Shown here: in pieces, positions 10,462 through 20,476 of the stretch
Layout: each line of letters begins with the position of its first letter
Numbering within the stretch: the first letter of the stretch is position 1
Source: Gemmatimonadaceae bacterium
GTDB taxonomy: Bacteria > Gemmatimonadota > Gemmatimonadetes > Gemmatimonadales > Gemmatimonadaceae
Direction: 5' to 3'
Assembly (NCBI GenBank): GCA_051859245.1
Contig: JBHYGA010000005.1
Span: forward strand, 577,313 to 641,312
DNA length: 64,000 bases
Notes under the pieces: model-generated
What the model saw: the letters and a program-made list of their open reading frames with translations, nothing else
What the model was told of the DNA's origin: nothing
Database searches by the model: none
Position numbers and translations under genes: made by a program

Positions 10462-11783
10462 GGCACCGGGTTCGCGCCGCGTTGTGGGGAGCATGTCTGA
10501 CGATCGCCACGCTCCTCGCACCGCGCCTGCACGCGCAACCGCCGCTTCCCGGCGTGGATGCCGCGCTTGATGCAGTGCGTGCGGAACGCGGTGCGGCGCT
10601 TGAGATTTCGGTGCTGACGTTGGCCAATGGCGAGGTCATATGGGAGCGCTTTGGGCACAACGCGTTGATCGTGTCCAATCGCGAAACCGGCGAGCGACTG
10701 GCCTACAATTGGGGCATGTTCGACTTTGACCAGCCCAACTTTCTGACCCGCTTTCTCACCGGCGACACGCGCTATTGGCTGGCCGTATTCTATGCAGACG
10801 ACATGTTCCGCCAGTCGGTGCAAGAGGACCGCTCGGCGCGCTTGCAAGTCCTCGATCTGACCAACGTGCAAAAGGCCGCGCTTGCGGAGTTCGTGTCCTG
10901 GCAGTCGCTCGAAGAGAATCGGTATTACCGATACGACTACTACCTCGACAACTGCTCCACTCGGGTGCGCGACGCAATCGATCGCGTGCTCGGCGGTGCG
11001 CTGGCCACGCAACTCGCGAACGTGCCAGAGTCATTTACCACTTGGCGTGAGCAGACGGCTCGTGCAACCGATGGCGATTGGCCACCGTACGCCGGCATTC
11101 ACGTGGCACTCGGTCGCAACGCGGACAAACCGCTCACTCGCTGGAATGAGAGCTTCATGCCCGGGTTGCTCGCGAATCATCTCACCACGATTCGCGTGAC
11201 CGACGAAAACGGCGTGGAGCGCTCGCTGGTCGCGAGAGACAGCGTGATCTACACGGCCAAGCGTGCACCGCTGCCGGAGCGCGCACCGTTTCGGGGATTC
11301 GCCGCGATGGTGATCGGCGCGATCGCAGGCGGATTGATTTTTGCGCTGGGCACATTGATGGCTCGTGGCAATCGCGTCGCGCTTTATGCGCTGCGCAGCG
11401 TGGCCACGCTGTGGTACCTGCTTACCGGCGTGCTCGGCACGGCACTGTTGCTCGCCGGCACAGTGACCAAACATGCGCCGTACATGGGCAGCAACGGTTC
11501 GCTGTTTCAGGTGCATCCGTTGTTGCTGCTGCTCGCGTGCCTGGCGCCCTTCGCTGCGGGGAGCGGAAACGCGGCGCGCAACTTCTCGCGTCTCGCGTTG
11601 ATCATCGCGGCGCTCGCGTTGCTCGGCTTTCTGCTCCAGGTGACGGTGCTCGCGCAGGATTCGGGGCTCGTCACGTCGGTCACGCTCCCCATTCATATCG
11701 CACTCGCAGGCGTGCTCGCGCGACGGTTCGGCGGCGGCGCGCCGCGACCCGCCGCTCCCGCTGCCGTGGCCGTTGCTGCCTGA
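10458..11783 (+). CDS. DUF4105 domain membrane protein (Lnb-like putative lipoprotein N-acyltransferase)
   Basis: FGHNAL, YNWGMFDF, YRYDYYLDNCSTRVRD, then 4-5 C-terminal TM helices; start probably CTG 10458 (first standard start is TTG 10482). Confidence 0.8.
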   Translation: MRHRVRAALWGACLTIATLLAPRLHAQPPLPGVDAALDAVRAERGAALEISVLTLANGEVIWERFGHNALIVSNRETGERLAYNWGMFDFDQPNFLTRFLTGDTRYWLAVFYADDMFRQSVQEDRSARLQVLDLTNVQKAALAEFVSWQSLEENRYYRYDYYLDNCSTRVRDAIDRVLGGALATQLANVPESFTTWREQTARATDGDWPPYAGIHVALGRNADKPLTRWNESFMPGLLANHLTTIRVTDENGVERSLVARDSVIYTAKRAPLPERAPFRGFAAMVIGAIAGGLIFALGTLMARGNRVALYALRSVATLWYLLTGVLGTALLLAGTVTKHAPYMGSNGSLFQVHPLLLLLACLAPFAAGSGNAARNFSRLALIIAALALLGFLLQVTVLAQDSGLVTSVTLPIHIALAGVLARRFGGGAPRPAAPAAVAVAA

Positions 11784-13800
11784 CACCACGCCGGCCGTGA
11801 CACACGCTGCGCAGGGCGCGAGCATCAGTGTTGGTGTCGACGTAGGCGGCACCTTCACCGATCTCGTGGCCGTTGGCACTGACGGCCATGTGCGTGCATC
11901 CAAGGTGCTCACCACACCGGCTGATCGCGCGCTTGGCGTGGTACGCGCCGTGGAACACGCCGCGCTCGACAGCGCGTCGGTGGAGCGCTTTGTACACGGC
12001 ACCACGGTGGTCACCAACCTGCTGCTCGAACGCGCAGGTACCCGTGTGGTGTTGCTGGCCACCGACGGCTTCACGGATCTGCTGTGGCTCCGTCGACAGG
12101 AACGCGCGTCACTGTACGATCTCACGCGCGATCACGCCGAACCTCTCCTTGAGCATGCGGATGTGATCGGCGTTCGTGAACGAGTTGCACCAAGCTGGTT
12201 CGATGGTGAGCACAAGCGAGACGCCCCCGAGGGCATTGAGGTGTTGCACGCGCTTACCCACGATGAGATCGAACGTGTGGTGTCGCACGCGCGCCAGAGT
12301 GGTGCGATGGCGTTTGCGGTGGTGCTGTTGCACGCGCACGTATTCCCGGAGCACGAGGCACGGCTTGGGCGCGCGCTGCGCGCGGCGTGCCCGGAGGCAA
12401 CGGTTGCGCTGTCGCACGAGGTGCTGCCGGAGATTCGGGAGTATGAGCGCACGGCCACAACCGTTGCCGAAGCGTATGCGCGCCCCGCGGTGGCGAGGTA
12501 CATGCATCGACTCACCGACGCGCTTGCGGCTCGCGGACTTCCGGCACCGCGGGTGATGACCTCCGCCGGTGGCACGCTCGCCGCCAGCGACGCCGCGCTG
12601 CACGCCGCGTCGCTTGCCCTCTCGGGGCCCGCAGGCGGCATCACCGCCGCTGCGGCGTTGTGCCGAGGTCTCGGTGTGCAGGATGCGCTCACGATCGATA
12701 TTGGTGGCACGTCGGCCGATGTCGGTTTGATTGTCGACGGTGAGCCGCTCGTGGAACGCGGCGGTGTGCTCGCGGGTGTGCCGATCGCGTTGCCTCGTGT
12801 GTTGGTGGAAACTGTAGCTGCAGGCGGTGGCAGCATCGCGCGCGTTGATGCGGGCGGCGCATTGCACGCTGGGCCGGAGAGCGCGGGCGCTGATCCAGGT
12901 CCGGCGTGTTACGCGCACGGTGGTACCAGAGCCACCGTTACCGACGCGCATGTAGTGCTCGGGCATATCGCGGCGGGTACGTGGAGTAGCGCCGTAACCA
13001 TCGATGCATTGCGTGCGCACGCTGCACTGGAGAGCGTCGCGGCAGCACTGCAGCGATCCGTCCCCGACACGGCGCGTGCGCTGATTGCGACTGCCGACGC
13101 CACCATGGCGCGTGCGCTACGTCGCGTGAGTGTGGAGCGCGGTCGTGATCCGCGAGACATGGTACTGGTGGCGTTTGGCGGCGGTGGTCCCTTGCACGCG
13201 TGTGGTCTGGCCGATTCGCTGGGCATGACGCGCGTGTTCATTCCGCCGTTCGCGGGTGTGCTGAGTGCGCTTGGCCTGGCGCTTGCACCGGAACGACGCG
13301 ACGGTGTGTCGAGCATCATGCAGCGCAGTGATGTGTTGCACGATGATGCGCTGCAGCACGCGAGAGTGGCGCTGGTGAACCAGTTGCGTGAAGGACGCGA
13401 TGCGTTGAGCGATCGCGCGTGGGCACGCGTGCGATATCTTGGCCAGGGCCATGAGCTGGAGGTGCCGTTGTTTCACACCGACACGGTGACCATGCTCATC
13501 GAACGTTTTCACGAACTGCATCAGGCGCGATTTGGTTTTGTGCTCGATCGGGTGCCTGAGGTGGTTGGGCTGCGCGCCACGCTTGAAGGTGCGTGGTGGC
13601 CGGTGCGTGTGCAGCGCGAGGCACGCGACGATACGCCGGCGTTCACCGGCGTTGACGATGGCTTTGCGCTCGAGGTGACGCGTGAAGGCCCGTGCACGGT
13701 GCGCTTGCCCGACGCAACGCTTCGCGTGGCGATTGGATGGCGTGCCAAAAGCCTGATGTCGGGCGGCTGGTGGATGGAGCGTATCGAGGTGAGTGCATGA
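11773..13800 (+). CDS. Hydantoinase A / 5-oxoprolinase family subunit
   Basis: GVDVGGTFTD, HGTTVVTN, REYERT, SGPAGG, DIGGTSADV, GPESAGADPGPACY, AFGGGGPLHA. Confidence 0.95.
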   Translation: MLPDTTPAVTHAAQGASISVGVDVGGTFTDLVAVGTDGHVRASKVLTTPADRALGVVRAVEHAALDSASVERFVHGTTVVTNLLLERAGTRVVLLATDGFTDLLWLRRQERASLYDLTRDHAEPLLEHADVIGVRERVAPSWFDGEHKRDAPEGIEVLHALTHDEIERVVSHARQSGAMAFAVVLLHAHVFPEHEARLGRALRAACPEATVALSHEVLPEIREYERTATTVAEAYARPAVARYMHRLTDALAARGLPAPRVMTSAGGTLAASDAALHAASLALSGPAGGITAAAALCRGLGVQDALTIDIGGTSADVGLIVDGEPLVERGGVLAGVPIALPRVLVETVAAGGGSIARVDAGGALHAGPESAGADPGPACYAHGGTRATVTDAHVVLGHIAAGTWSSAVTIDALRAHAALESVAAALQRSVPDTARALIATADATMARALRRVSVERGRDPRDMVLVAFGGGGPLHACGLADSLGMTRVFIPPFAGVLSALGLALAPERRDGVSSIMQRSDVLHDDALQHARVALVNQLREGRDALSDRAWARVRYLGQGHELEVPLFHTDTVTMLIERFHELHQARFGFVLDRVPEVVGLRATLEGAWWPVRVQREARDDTPAFTGVDDGFALEVTREGPCTVRLPDATLRVAIGWRAKSLMSGGWWMERIEVSA

Positions 13801-14456
13801 CGCCGCGCGTTGCTGTAAGCGATTCGAACGCGCGGATAATTGGCGCGCCAGTCGCGCCGTGCTTTCCTGAAGACGGACCAGTGTTTGCGCTCTGCATTGG
13901 CGAGGCACCAGGGCCACGCGGCGCGGACAAGAGTGGCGTGCCGTTCTTTGGTGATCGCGCTGGAAGTCCACTCTATCGGGCGCTGGTAGCAGCAGACGCG
14001 TGTACGCTGCCGGAGCTGGTGTCCACACTGCCGTGGGACGGTGCGCGTTTTGCCGAGCACCATCTCAAACCAGTGCTTCGTGGTGTCGCCCTTGGCAATG
14101 CGTTTGATCGCTGTCCAACCGATGACGGCAAGAAGTTTCGCGCACCATCGCGAGCCGAACTTGAGTCTGCCGAGAACGTGCGCCGCCTCGCGAATGATGT
14201 GAATCATGCGCGATCACGCGGGCTGCAGACGATCATCGCGCTTGGCAGTGTGGCGTCGCGTGTAATGGGAATACTCGTGTCGTCACACGCGAGCGAGTGG
14301 CCCGGGCTCAGCGTGCAATCGGTGCCGCACCCGAGCGCGCAGGGGCTGTTGTCCGCGGCGCCGGATCGTGGACGCGGCGCGCGTCTCGCGGATCTTGCCG
14401 CTGCCTGGGAACGTGATATTGCAGCTCGCATTGTCGCGTCGAGAGGTGGCATGTGA
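13797..14456 (+). CDS. Uracil-DNA glycosylase superfamily protein
   Basis: Motif [27 protein letters not shown]...RAP, ALG..A, motif B HPS; 4-bp overlaps with both neighbours. Confidence 0.85.
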   Translation: MTPRVAVSDSNARIIGAPVAPCFPEDGPVFALCIGEAPGPRGADKSGVPFFGDRAGSPLYRALVAADACTLPELVSTLPWDGARFAEHHLKPVLRGVALGNAFDRCPTDDGKKFRAPSRAELESAENVRRLANDVNHARSRGLQTIIALGSVASRVMGILVSSHASEWPGLSVQSVPHPSAQGLLSAAPDRGRGARLADLAAAWERDIAARIVASRGGM

Positions 14457-16051
14457 CGATCGATTCGATCAGGCCGGATACGTCAACACGCTTTGACGCG
14501 CTTGCGATGACCGTGTTCGCACAATCGGTGGCGATGATCGCTGAGGAGATGGGAGTGCGACTGGAGCGCGCGGCAATTTCCCCGAACGTGCGGGAGCGTC
14601 GCGATGCGTCATGCGCCGTGTTTGATGCCGACGGACGTATGGTCGCGCAGGCCGCGCACATTCCCGTGCACCTCGGTGCAATGCCGGAGAGCGTGGCCGC
14701 CGTTCGTGCACGATGCCCCAAGCCGGGCGATGTGTTTGTGCTCAATGATCCAGCGCACGGCGGTTCACACCTGCCCGATATCACGATGGTTGAAGTGGTG
14801 GGTCACCCCACGCAACGCGATCGGGTGATTGGTTTCATGGCCGTGCGTGCGCACCACGCAGACGTTGGTGGCATGAGCCCGGGCAGTATGCCGTTTGGCG
14901 CGACCGAGCTGGTGCAGGAAGGATTGATCATTCCACCGGTACGTTTTGAAGCCGCCGGTGTGGTGCAAGACGACATTCTGGCACTGTTGCTCGCCAATGT
15001 GCGTACGCCGCAGGAACGACTTGGCGATTTGCGCGCCCAGCGATCGGCGTGTGCGGTTGGCACCCAGAGTTGGCAACGCTTGTACACCACGCACGGTGAT
15101 ACCTGGTGTGAGGACGCGGTCAACGCGTTGCTTGACTACACCGAACGCACCACACGGGCTTCATTGCGCGTGCTCAATGGTGTGAGTGGCACGTGCGCCG
15201 ATGCGCTCGAAGGCGACGGCGTTTCCGACAACGCAATCGCTGTGGTTGCAACGGTGTCGGTGCGCGACGATACGCTGTGCGTGGACCTGACGGGCTCAAG
15301 TGGCGCGGTGGCCGGCAACGTGAACGCGCCGTCGGCGGTGGCCCGTGCGGCCGCCCTGTTCGTGCTTCGTGTGTTGCTTGACAGTGATGATGTGCCCGTG
15401 AATGATGGGCTCGCGCGCGCACTGCACCTCACGATTCCCGATAATTGCGTGGCCAACGCCAAACGGCCGAGTGCCGTGGCGGCCGGTAATGTGGAGCTGT
15501 CGCAGCGACTGACCGACGCCATGTTGCAAGCGCTCGGCGACGGCGTGCGCGCGCGAGGCGTCAGCGCTGATGCACTTCCCGCGCAGGGCCAGGGCACGAT
15601 GAACAATGTGACACTGGGCGGGCGCGGCTGGACGTTCTACGAAACACTCGGCGGCGGGCAGGGCGCGAGTGCCCGCGCCGCAGGGCCGTCGGCGGTGCAC
15701 GTAGGCATGAGCAATACGCGCAACACGCCCGTGGAGAGCCTCGAATGGGCGTATCCCATGCGCGTCGCGGAGTACGCGCGTCGTTGGAACAGCGGCGGCG
15801 CCGGCGCGCACGTTGGTGGCGACGGCGTGCACCGCGTGTACGTTCCGTTAGAGCCTGTGGTGGCCACACTGCTTACCGAGCGACGCATCTTCGCACCGCA
15901 CGGCGTGTTGGGTGGTGAAGACGGACGTGTGGGAGAAAATGTTTGTGGTGATCGCGCCGTATCGGCCAAGGGGCGCTGGACACTGGCCGCCGGTGAACCG
16001 CTCAGCATTCAAACGCCGGGCGGCGGTGGCTACGGTAGCGCGTCGGATTAG
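14453..16051 (+). CDS. Hydantoinase B / 5-oxoprolinase family subunit
   Basis: [62 protein letters not shown]. Confidence 0.95.
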   Translation: MTIDSIRPDTSTRFDALAMTVFAQSVAMIAEEMGVRLERAAISPNVRERRDASCAVFDADGRMVAQAAHIPVHLGAMPESVAAVRARCPKPGDVFVLNDPAHGGSHLPDITMVEVVGHPTQRDRVIGFMAVRAHHADVGGMSPGSMPFGATELVQEGLIIPPVRFEAAGVVQDDILALLLANVRTPQERLGDLRAQRSACAVGTQSWQRLYTTHGDTWCEDAVNALLDYTERTTRASLRVLNGVSGTCADALEGDGVSDNAIAVVATVSVRDDTLCVDLTGSSGAVAGNVNAPSAVARAAALFVLRVLLDSDDVPVNDGLARALHLTIPDNCVANAKRPSAVAAGNVELSQRLTDAMLQALGDGVRARGVSADALPAQGQGTMNNVTLGGRGWTFYETLGGGQGASARAAGPSAVHVGMSNTRNTPVESLEWAYPMRVAEYARRWNSGGAGAHVGGDGVHRVYVPLEPVVATLLTERRIFAPHGVLGGEDGRVGENVCGDRAVSAKGRWTLAAGEPLSIQTPGGGGYGSASD

Positions 16052-16374
16052 GTGATGTCGTCGTCGTCGCTCGCGCGCCAGGCGTCGCTTGGACGCAAGC
16101 TGGCGCGCCATGGTTCGTCGGCGGTTTCACTCTCATCGTCCGGCGGACCGTGACGGTGGTCCCACGCCGCGGCGGCGAGGGCAACGTCATCGTCCAGCGT
16201 GCGAACGGTTTCCGGCGCCTTGGTCCAGCGAGAGAGCGCGCGCCAGGCGAAGAACGCAAAAACGGCCAGCCCCAGCAGGGGCAACGGATGTCGAACGCCA
16301 GGCAGCGTGATCAGCAGTGCGAGCAGCAGCAATAATCCGAACAACGGAGCACGCGTGCGAAAGAATCGAAGCAT
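16048..16374 (-). CDS. Small hypothetical membrane protein
   Basis: Two hydrophobic helices and an acidic tail; convergent overlap with hydantoinase B. Confidence 0.6.
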   Translation of the reverse strand: MLRFFRTRAPLFGLLLLLALLITLPGVRHPLPLLGLAVFAFFAWRALSRWTKAPETVRTLDDDVALAAAAWDHRHGPPDDESETADEPWRASLRPSDAWRASDDDDIT

Positions 16375-16428
16375 GACCCGCAAGGTACACAACACGGAGC
16401 AGCTCTTCCACAGCCAAGGTGACGCTCG

Positions 16429-17406
16429 GTGTTGATCACCGGGCTGCTTCTGGTGCTTGGCCTGGCGTGCCTCGTGTTCGGTGCCGACTGGTTCGTGAAA
16501 GGGGCTGCCGGACTGGCGGACGCAATGGGCGTGTCGCCACTCGTGATCGGATTGACGGTGGTGGCGTATGGCACATCCATGCCCGAGCTCGTCGTGAGTG
16601 CAGTGGCCGCGCTCGATGGCAGTAGTGCGATCGCACTCGGCAACGTGGTGGGTTCGAACATCGCGAATATCGGCCTGATTCTTGGCATCACGGCACTGAT
16701 TGCTCCGCCCAAGGTGGACGGCGGGCTCATCAAACGAGAGATCCCGATCCTGCTCGTGTCGGCGGCGCTTGTCCCACTGGCGCTGCGCAATGGCGTGTTG
16801 TCACGAGTCGAAGCGATCGTCCTGATTATCGGCGCGGTCGCGTTCACCATTGCCACCGTTCGCTACTCCAAAACGGCGCCGGCTGGCGACCAGCTGGTCA
16901 GCGAGACCATCTCCGAAACCGTGGCCGAAATTGCTGAAGCCAAGGCCACGTCGTCCACGCTTCGTCTCGTGCTGATTGGACTGGCCGGGCTTGCGCTGCT
17001 GTTGCAGGGCGGACGTTGGTTCGTTGGTGCCGCCGTGACAATTGCCGAAGCGGCGGGTATAAGCGAGCGCATCATCGGACTCACCGTTGTTGCCGTGGGC
17101 ACATCGCTGCCTGAACTGGCCGCGTCGGTGGTCGCCGCGGTGCGCGGTCATTCTGCGATGGCCGTGGGCAATGTGATCGGCTCGAATATCTTTAATGTGT
17201 TCTTTGTGCTTGGTGTCGCCGGCGTACTGTCGCCGATCGCGGGTGATCTCACGGAACTCCGCGTTGACCTTGCATTGATGGTGGGATTCAGCGTGCTCGC
17301 GGCCGTGATGCTGCGCGGGGAACGCGTGATTTCTCGAATTGAAGGTGCGGTGATGCTCACCGGCTACATTGCCGCAATGCTCTGGCTGAGCGGCGCCAAC
17401 GTGTGA
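16429..17406 (+). CDS. Calcium/sodium antiporter (CaCA, YrbG family)
   Basis: Duplicated alpha repeats GTSMPE...GNVVGSNIAN and GTSLPE...GNVIGSNIFN. Confidence 0.95.
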   Translation: MLITGLLLVLGLACLVFGADWFVKGAAGLADAMGVSPLVIGLTVVAYGTSMPELVVSAVAALDGSSAIALGNVVGSNIANIGLILGITALIAPPKVDGGLIKREIPILLVSAALVPLALRNGVLSRVEAIVLIIGAVAFTIATVRYSKTAPAGDQLVSETISETVAEIAEAKATSSTLRLVLIGLAGLALLLQGGRWFVGAAVTIAEAAGISERIIGLTVVAVGTSLPELAASVVAAVRGHSAMAVGNVIGSNIFNVFFVLGVAGVLSPIAGDLTELRVDLALMVGFSVLAAVMLRGERVISRIEGAVMLTGYIAAMLWLSGANV

Positions 17407-17490
17407 ACACCGTGGCTCCGTGTGCCCGGGCGTCGTTCGGCCCGCGACACGTGACTCGCTGTGAACTCTTTGCCATAAGGAATGATCAGT

Positions 17491-17961
17491 ATGCACATCA
17501 ATATCGGAATCCCTGACGCAGACCGAAAGACAATCGCTGAAGGCCTGTCACATCTGCTCGCGGACACGTACAGCTTATATCTCAAGACGCACAACTTTCA
17601 CTGGAACGTGACTGGTCCGATGTTTCAGACCCTGCACGTGATGTTTGAAACGCAGTACGACGAACTGGCAATTGCGGTTGATCTCATCGCCGAGCGTATT
17701 CGCGCGCTCGGACATCCCGCGCCGGGTTCGTACACCGAGTTCCAGAAGCTGAGTGCGGTGAAGGAATCCGTTGGTGTGCACACCGCCACGCAAATGATCG
17801 CCGAACTCGTGGAGGGCCAGGAGACGGTCGTTCGCACCGCGCGTTCATTGTATCCCGCCGTGGAAAAGGCGAGCGACGAAGCAACAGCCGACTTGCTCAC
17901 GCAGCGCATTCAGCTGCACGAGAAAACGGCGTGGATGCTGCGCAGCCTGCTCGAATCCTGA
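17491..17961 (+). CDS. dps: Dps family DNA-protecting ferritin-like protein
   Basis: LYLKTHNFHWNVTGP, LH..FE.QY, DLIAERIRALG, HEKTAWML; alternative ATG at 17482. Confidence 0.96.
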   Translation: MHINIGIPDADRKTIAEGLSHLLADTYSLYLKTHNFHWNVTGPMFQTLHVMFETQYDELAIAVDLIAERIRALGHPAPGSYTEFQKLSAVKESVGVHTATQMIAELVEGQETVVRTARSLYPAVEKASDEATADLLTQRIQLHEKTAWMLRSLLES

Positions 17962-18587
17962 GTCACTCAGCGGTTCGGTATCCGGTGCCGGCGTCCCGGC
18001 ACCGGAGTGAGCTCGTTATTGACCGTAGCGTGTTTCGCTGCACCATTGCGCGCGCGAAAACAGTGAGTGACGCGCAAGCATTCGTGCGCGAAATGCAACA
18101 GGAGTATGCAGACGCAACGCACAACTGCTGGGCCTACGTGATTGGTGCGCCCGGCAGCACATCGCACATTGGATTAAGCGATGACGGAGAGCCGCACGGC
18201 ACCGCTGGTCGCCCCATGCTCACCGTGCTGTTGCACTCCGGCATCGGTGAAATTGCCGCGGTGGTCACGCGCTGGTACGGCGGCACAAAGCTCGGCACCG
18301 GTGGACTCGCACGTGCGTACGGCGGCGCGGTGCAGCAAACGCTGGCGGAACTGGCAACCGTGCAGCGCGTCGACACCATCGAGGTGCACGTCACGGTGGA
18401 GTATGGCGCCGTCACACCTGTTCGTCAGCTGCTGGCGTCACTCGCGGAGGAGATCTGCGATGAGCAGTACGCGGAACAGGTCACGTATCACATCAAACTC
18501 GCGCGCGATTGTGAAGCGCAACTTCGCGCACAGCTTGCGGACCTGACGCGCGGTCAGGCCATCGTGCACGTGTCACACCGTGAGTGA
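17958..18587 (+). CDS. yigZ: YigZ/IMPACT family protein
   Basis: DATHNCWAY, SDDGEPHGTAGRPML, VVTRWYGGTKLGTGGLARAY; start uncertain (possibly CTG 17958). Confidence 0.92.
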   Translation: MSHSAVRYPVPASRHRSELVIDRSVFRCTIARAKTVSDAQAFVREMQQEYADATHNCWAYVIGAPGSTSHIGLSDDGEPHGTAGRPMLTVLLHSGIGEIAAVVTRWYGGTKLGTGGLARAYGGAVQQTLAELATVQRVDTIEVHVTVEYGAVTPVRQLLASLAEEICDEQYAEQVTYHIKLARDCEAQLRAQLADLTRGQAIVHVSHRE

Positions 18588-19487
18588 AAGCCCTTCCCAG
18601 GCCGCGATCACACGCAGTGAGCTACCAGACACCGTGACCAGCTGACGACATTCCTGCACCACCGTGTCTACCTGATCATCGGTGCGATCCGGATGATGGT
18701 GGAAGAGCACCAGCATGCCCGCCACACATTCCATGGCAAAGCGTGTTGCTTCCAGCGCTGAGGAATGCCCCCATCCGCGGTGCGCGGTGAGCTCCGTGTC
18801 GCTGTACGTGGCGTCGTGCAACAGAATCGGCACGCCGTGTAGTGCGAGCGTAAGCCCGCGGCGCCACGCAATTACATCCGGGTCTGTGCTGGCGTAGTCG
18901 AGCTCGTTGTCAGGCGCGAAGGCAATGCCGGGCGTTTTCCCGTCGTCGAGACGAAAGATCGCCGCGCCGCCTGGATGTCGTGCCGGGAACCGGTGTACGG
19001 TGCAACGCGATCCAACTTCCGCCGGTGCGCCATTTTGAAACGACTCGATCGACACGCGATCGGTCACTTCGGACAGCGGCGGAAAGAGCGGGGGTGACAT
19101 TAAGGTGTGCAGCAGCGCGCGTGTTTGCGCTTCACTGGCGTCGCCGCTCATGATCCGCAGTGGTGCGCTCGCGTCGAATAACGGCGCGAAATGCGGCAAC
19201 CCCATCACGTGATCGCTGTGCTGATGCGTCAGGAACAGGTGAGCCGGCGCGGTGCGCGGCGAAGCGTCGGTCGGCACCGTGAGATGCAAACCAAGTCCGC
19301 GCAATCCAGTGCCGGCATCAAGAATGATGAGTGCATCATCGCGCGTACGCACTTCTACGCACGTGGTGTTGCCGCCATACCGCACGGTTTTCGGGCCAGG
19401 ACTCGGCAGCGTTCCGCGCGCTCCCCAACAACGCAGCCGAAAACGTACACCTCGCTCGTCATCACGTCCGGCAGGCGGCACCGTCAT
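18573..19487 (-). CDS. MBL-fold metallo-hydrolase (phosphodiesterase-like)
   Basis: WGARGT.P.PG..TVRYGGNTTCVE, LDAGTG, THQHSDH, HPGG, WGHS, FHHHP. Confidence 0.92.
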   Translation of the reverse strand: MTVPPAGRDDERGVRFRLRCWGARGTLPSPGPKTVRYGGNTTCVEVRTRDDALIILDAGTGLRGLGLHLTVPTDASPRTAPAHLFLTHQHSDHVMGLPHFAPLFDASAPLRIMSGDASEAQTRALLHTLMSPPLFPPLSEVTDRVSIESFQNGAPAEVGSRCTVHRFPARHPGGAAIFRLDDGKTPGIAFAPDNELDYASTDPDVIAWRRGLTLALHGVPILLHDATYSDTELTAHRGWGHSSALEATRFAMECVAGMLVLFHHHPDRTDDQVDTVVQECRQLVTVSGSSLRVIAAWEGLSLTV

Positions 19488-19497
19488 GCGTGGCGGA

Positions 19498-20241
19498 TTA
19501 GAGCGCGGGACGCGCGCGCGCTTCGAGCGCCACGCGATCAACGATCGTCACCTGACGGCGAGCAACCGCGATCCATCCCTTTTCCTGGAACTCCGACATC
19601 GCGCGTGAAACGGTCTCGCGACTGGCACCGATCATCTGCGACATGACCTGATGCGTCATGGGCTTGATCAACGTGGCCGGCTGACCTGGCGTGGCATTCT
19701 CGAGCAACACGCGCGCCACGCGACCCGGCACATCAAGCAGCACCAACGAGCCGATGGTGCCGTCCGCCTGACGCAGTCGACGCGACAATTCCATCAGCAA
19801 CGCCCAGCCAACCTGTGGCTGCTGTTCCACCTGTCGGCGGAAATCGGCGCGTCGCAGCACGAGCAAACTGGACGTGCTCGTGGCGATCACGTGCGCCGAG
19901 CGCGGACGTCCGTCAATCAGCGACAACTCGCCAAAGTGATCACCAACACCCAGCACGCCAAGAATCACCTCGCGACCGTCTTCGGCCACGAGCACCACTT
20001 TCACTTCACCCGTGCGCACGACATACAGCGCATCACCGGGATCTCCTTCACTGACAATCACCGTGCCTTTGCCGTACTTGTGCTCGCGCGTGATGTCCGC
20101 AAAGGAACGAAGCGCGACACGATCCAATTCACGAAAGAGCGGTACGGTACCGAGGAAATCCGCGATGCGATCGAGAGAAACGCTCATGGAAGGCGCAGCG
20201 AAGCGAAGGGGGACGTGACCGGAGGACAGTGGGTATGACAT
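19498..20241 (-). CDS. Crp/Fnr family transcriptional regulator (CRP-like)
   Basis: cNMP pocket FGELSLIDGRPRSA; HTH recognition helix GASRETVSR; AGGAGG RBS upstream of ATG 20241. Confidence 0.95.
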   Translation of the reverse strand: MSYPLSSGHVPLRFAAPSMSVSLDRIADFLGTVPLFRELDRVALRSFADITREHKYGKGTVIVSEGDPGDALYVVRTGEVKVVLVAEDGREVILGVLGVGDHFGELSLIDGRPRSAHVIATSTSSLLVLRRADFRRQVEQQPQVGWALLMELSRRLRQADGTIGSLVLLDVPGRVARVLLENATPGQPATLIKPMTHQVMSQMIGASRETVSRAMSEFQEKGWIAVARRQVTIVDRVALEARARPAL

Positions 20242-20441
20242 GGCAACCTCCTGACGATGCCACGCGGGCCGCGTCTGGGCAATGAGGACCGGACTGAGAA
20301 TGGGTCGGGAAGCCGCGACCAGGGCACTCGGTCAGACTCCCGGCGCGGTCCGTGGAACGCGATGGGCGCCATCACTAGCTTTCCGACTTGGGGCACGTGA
20401 CCAGAGACACCGGAACGTACCCGCGTATGTCCATTTGTCGC

Positions 20442-20457
20442 CGTGACTCGGGTCACA
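20442..20457. promoter_or_regulatory. Candidate CRP-type binding site CGTGA-N6-TCACA
   Basis: 9/10 match to TGTGA-N6-TCACA in the divergent crp/prfA intergenic region. Confidence 0.55.
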
Positions 20458-20476
20458 GTGACCCGAACGCACACCG

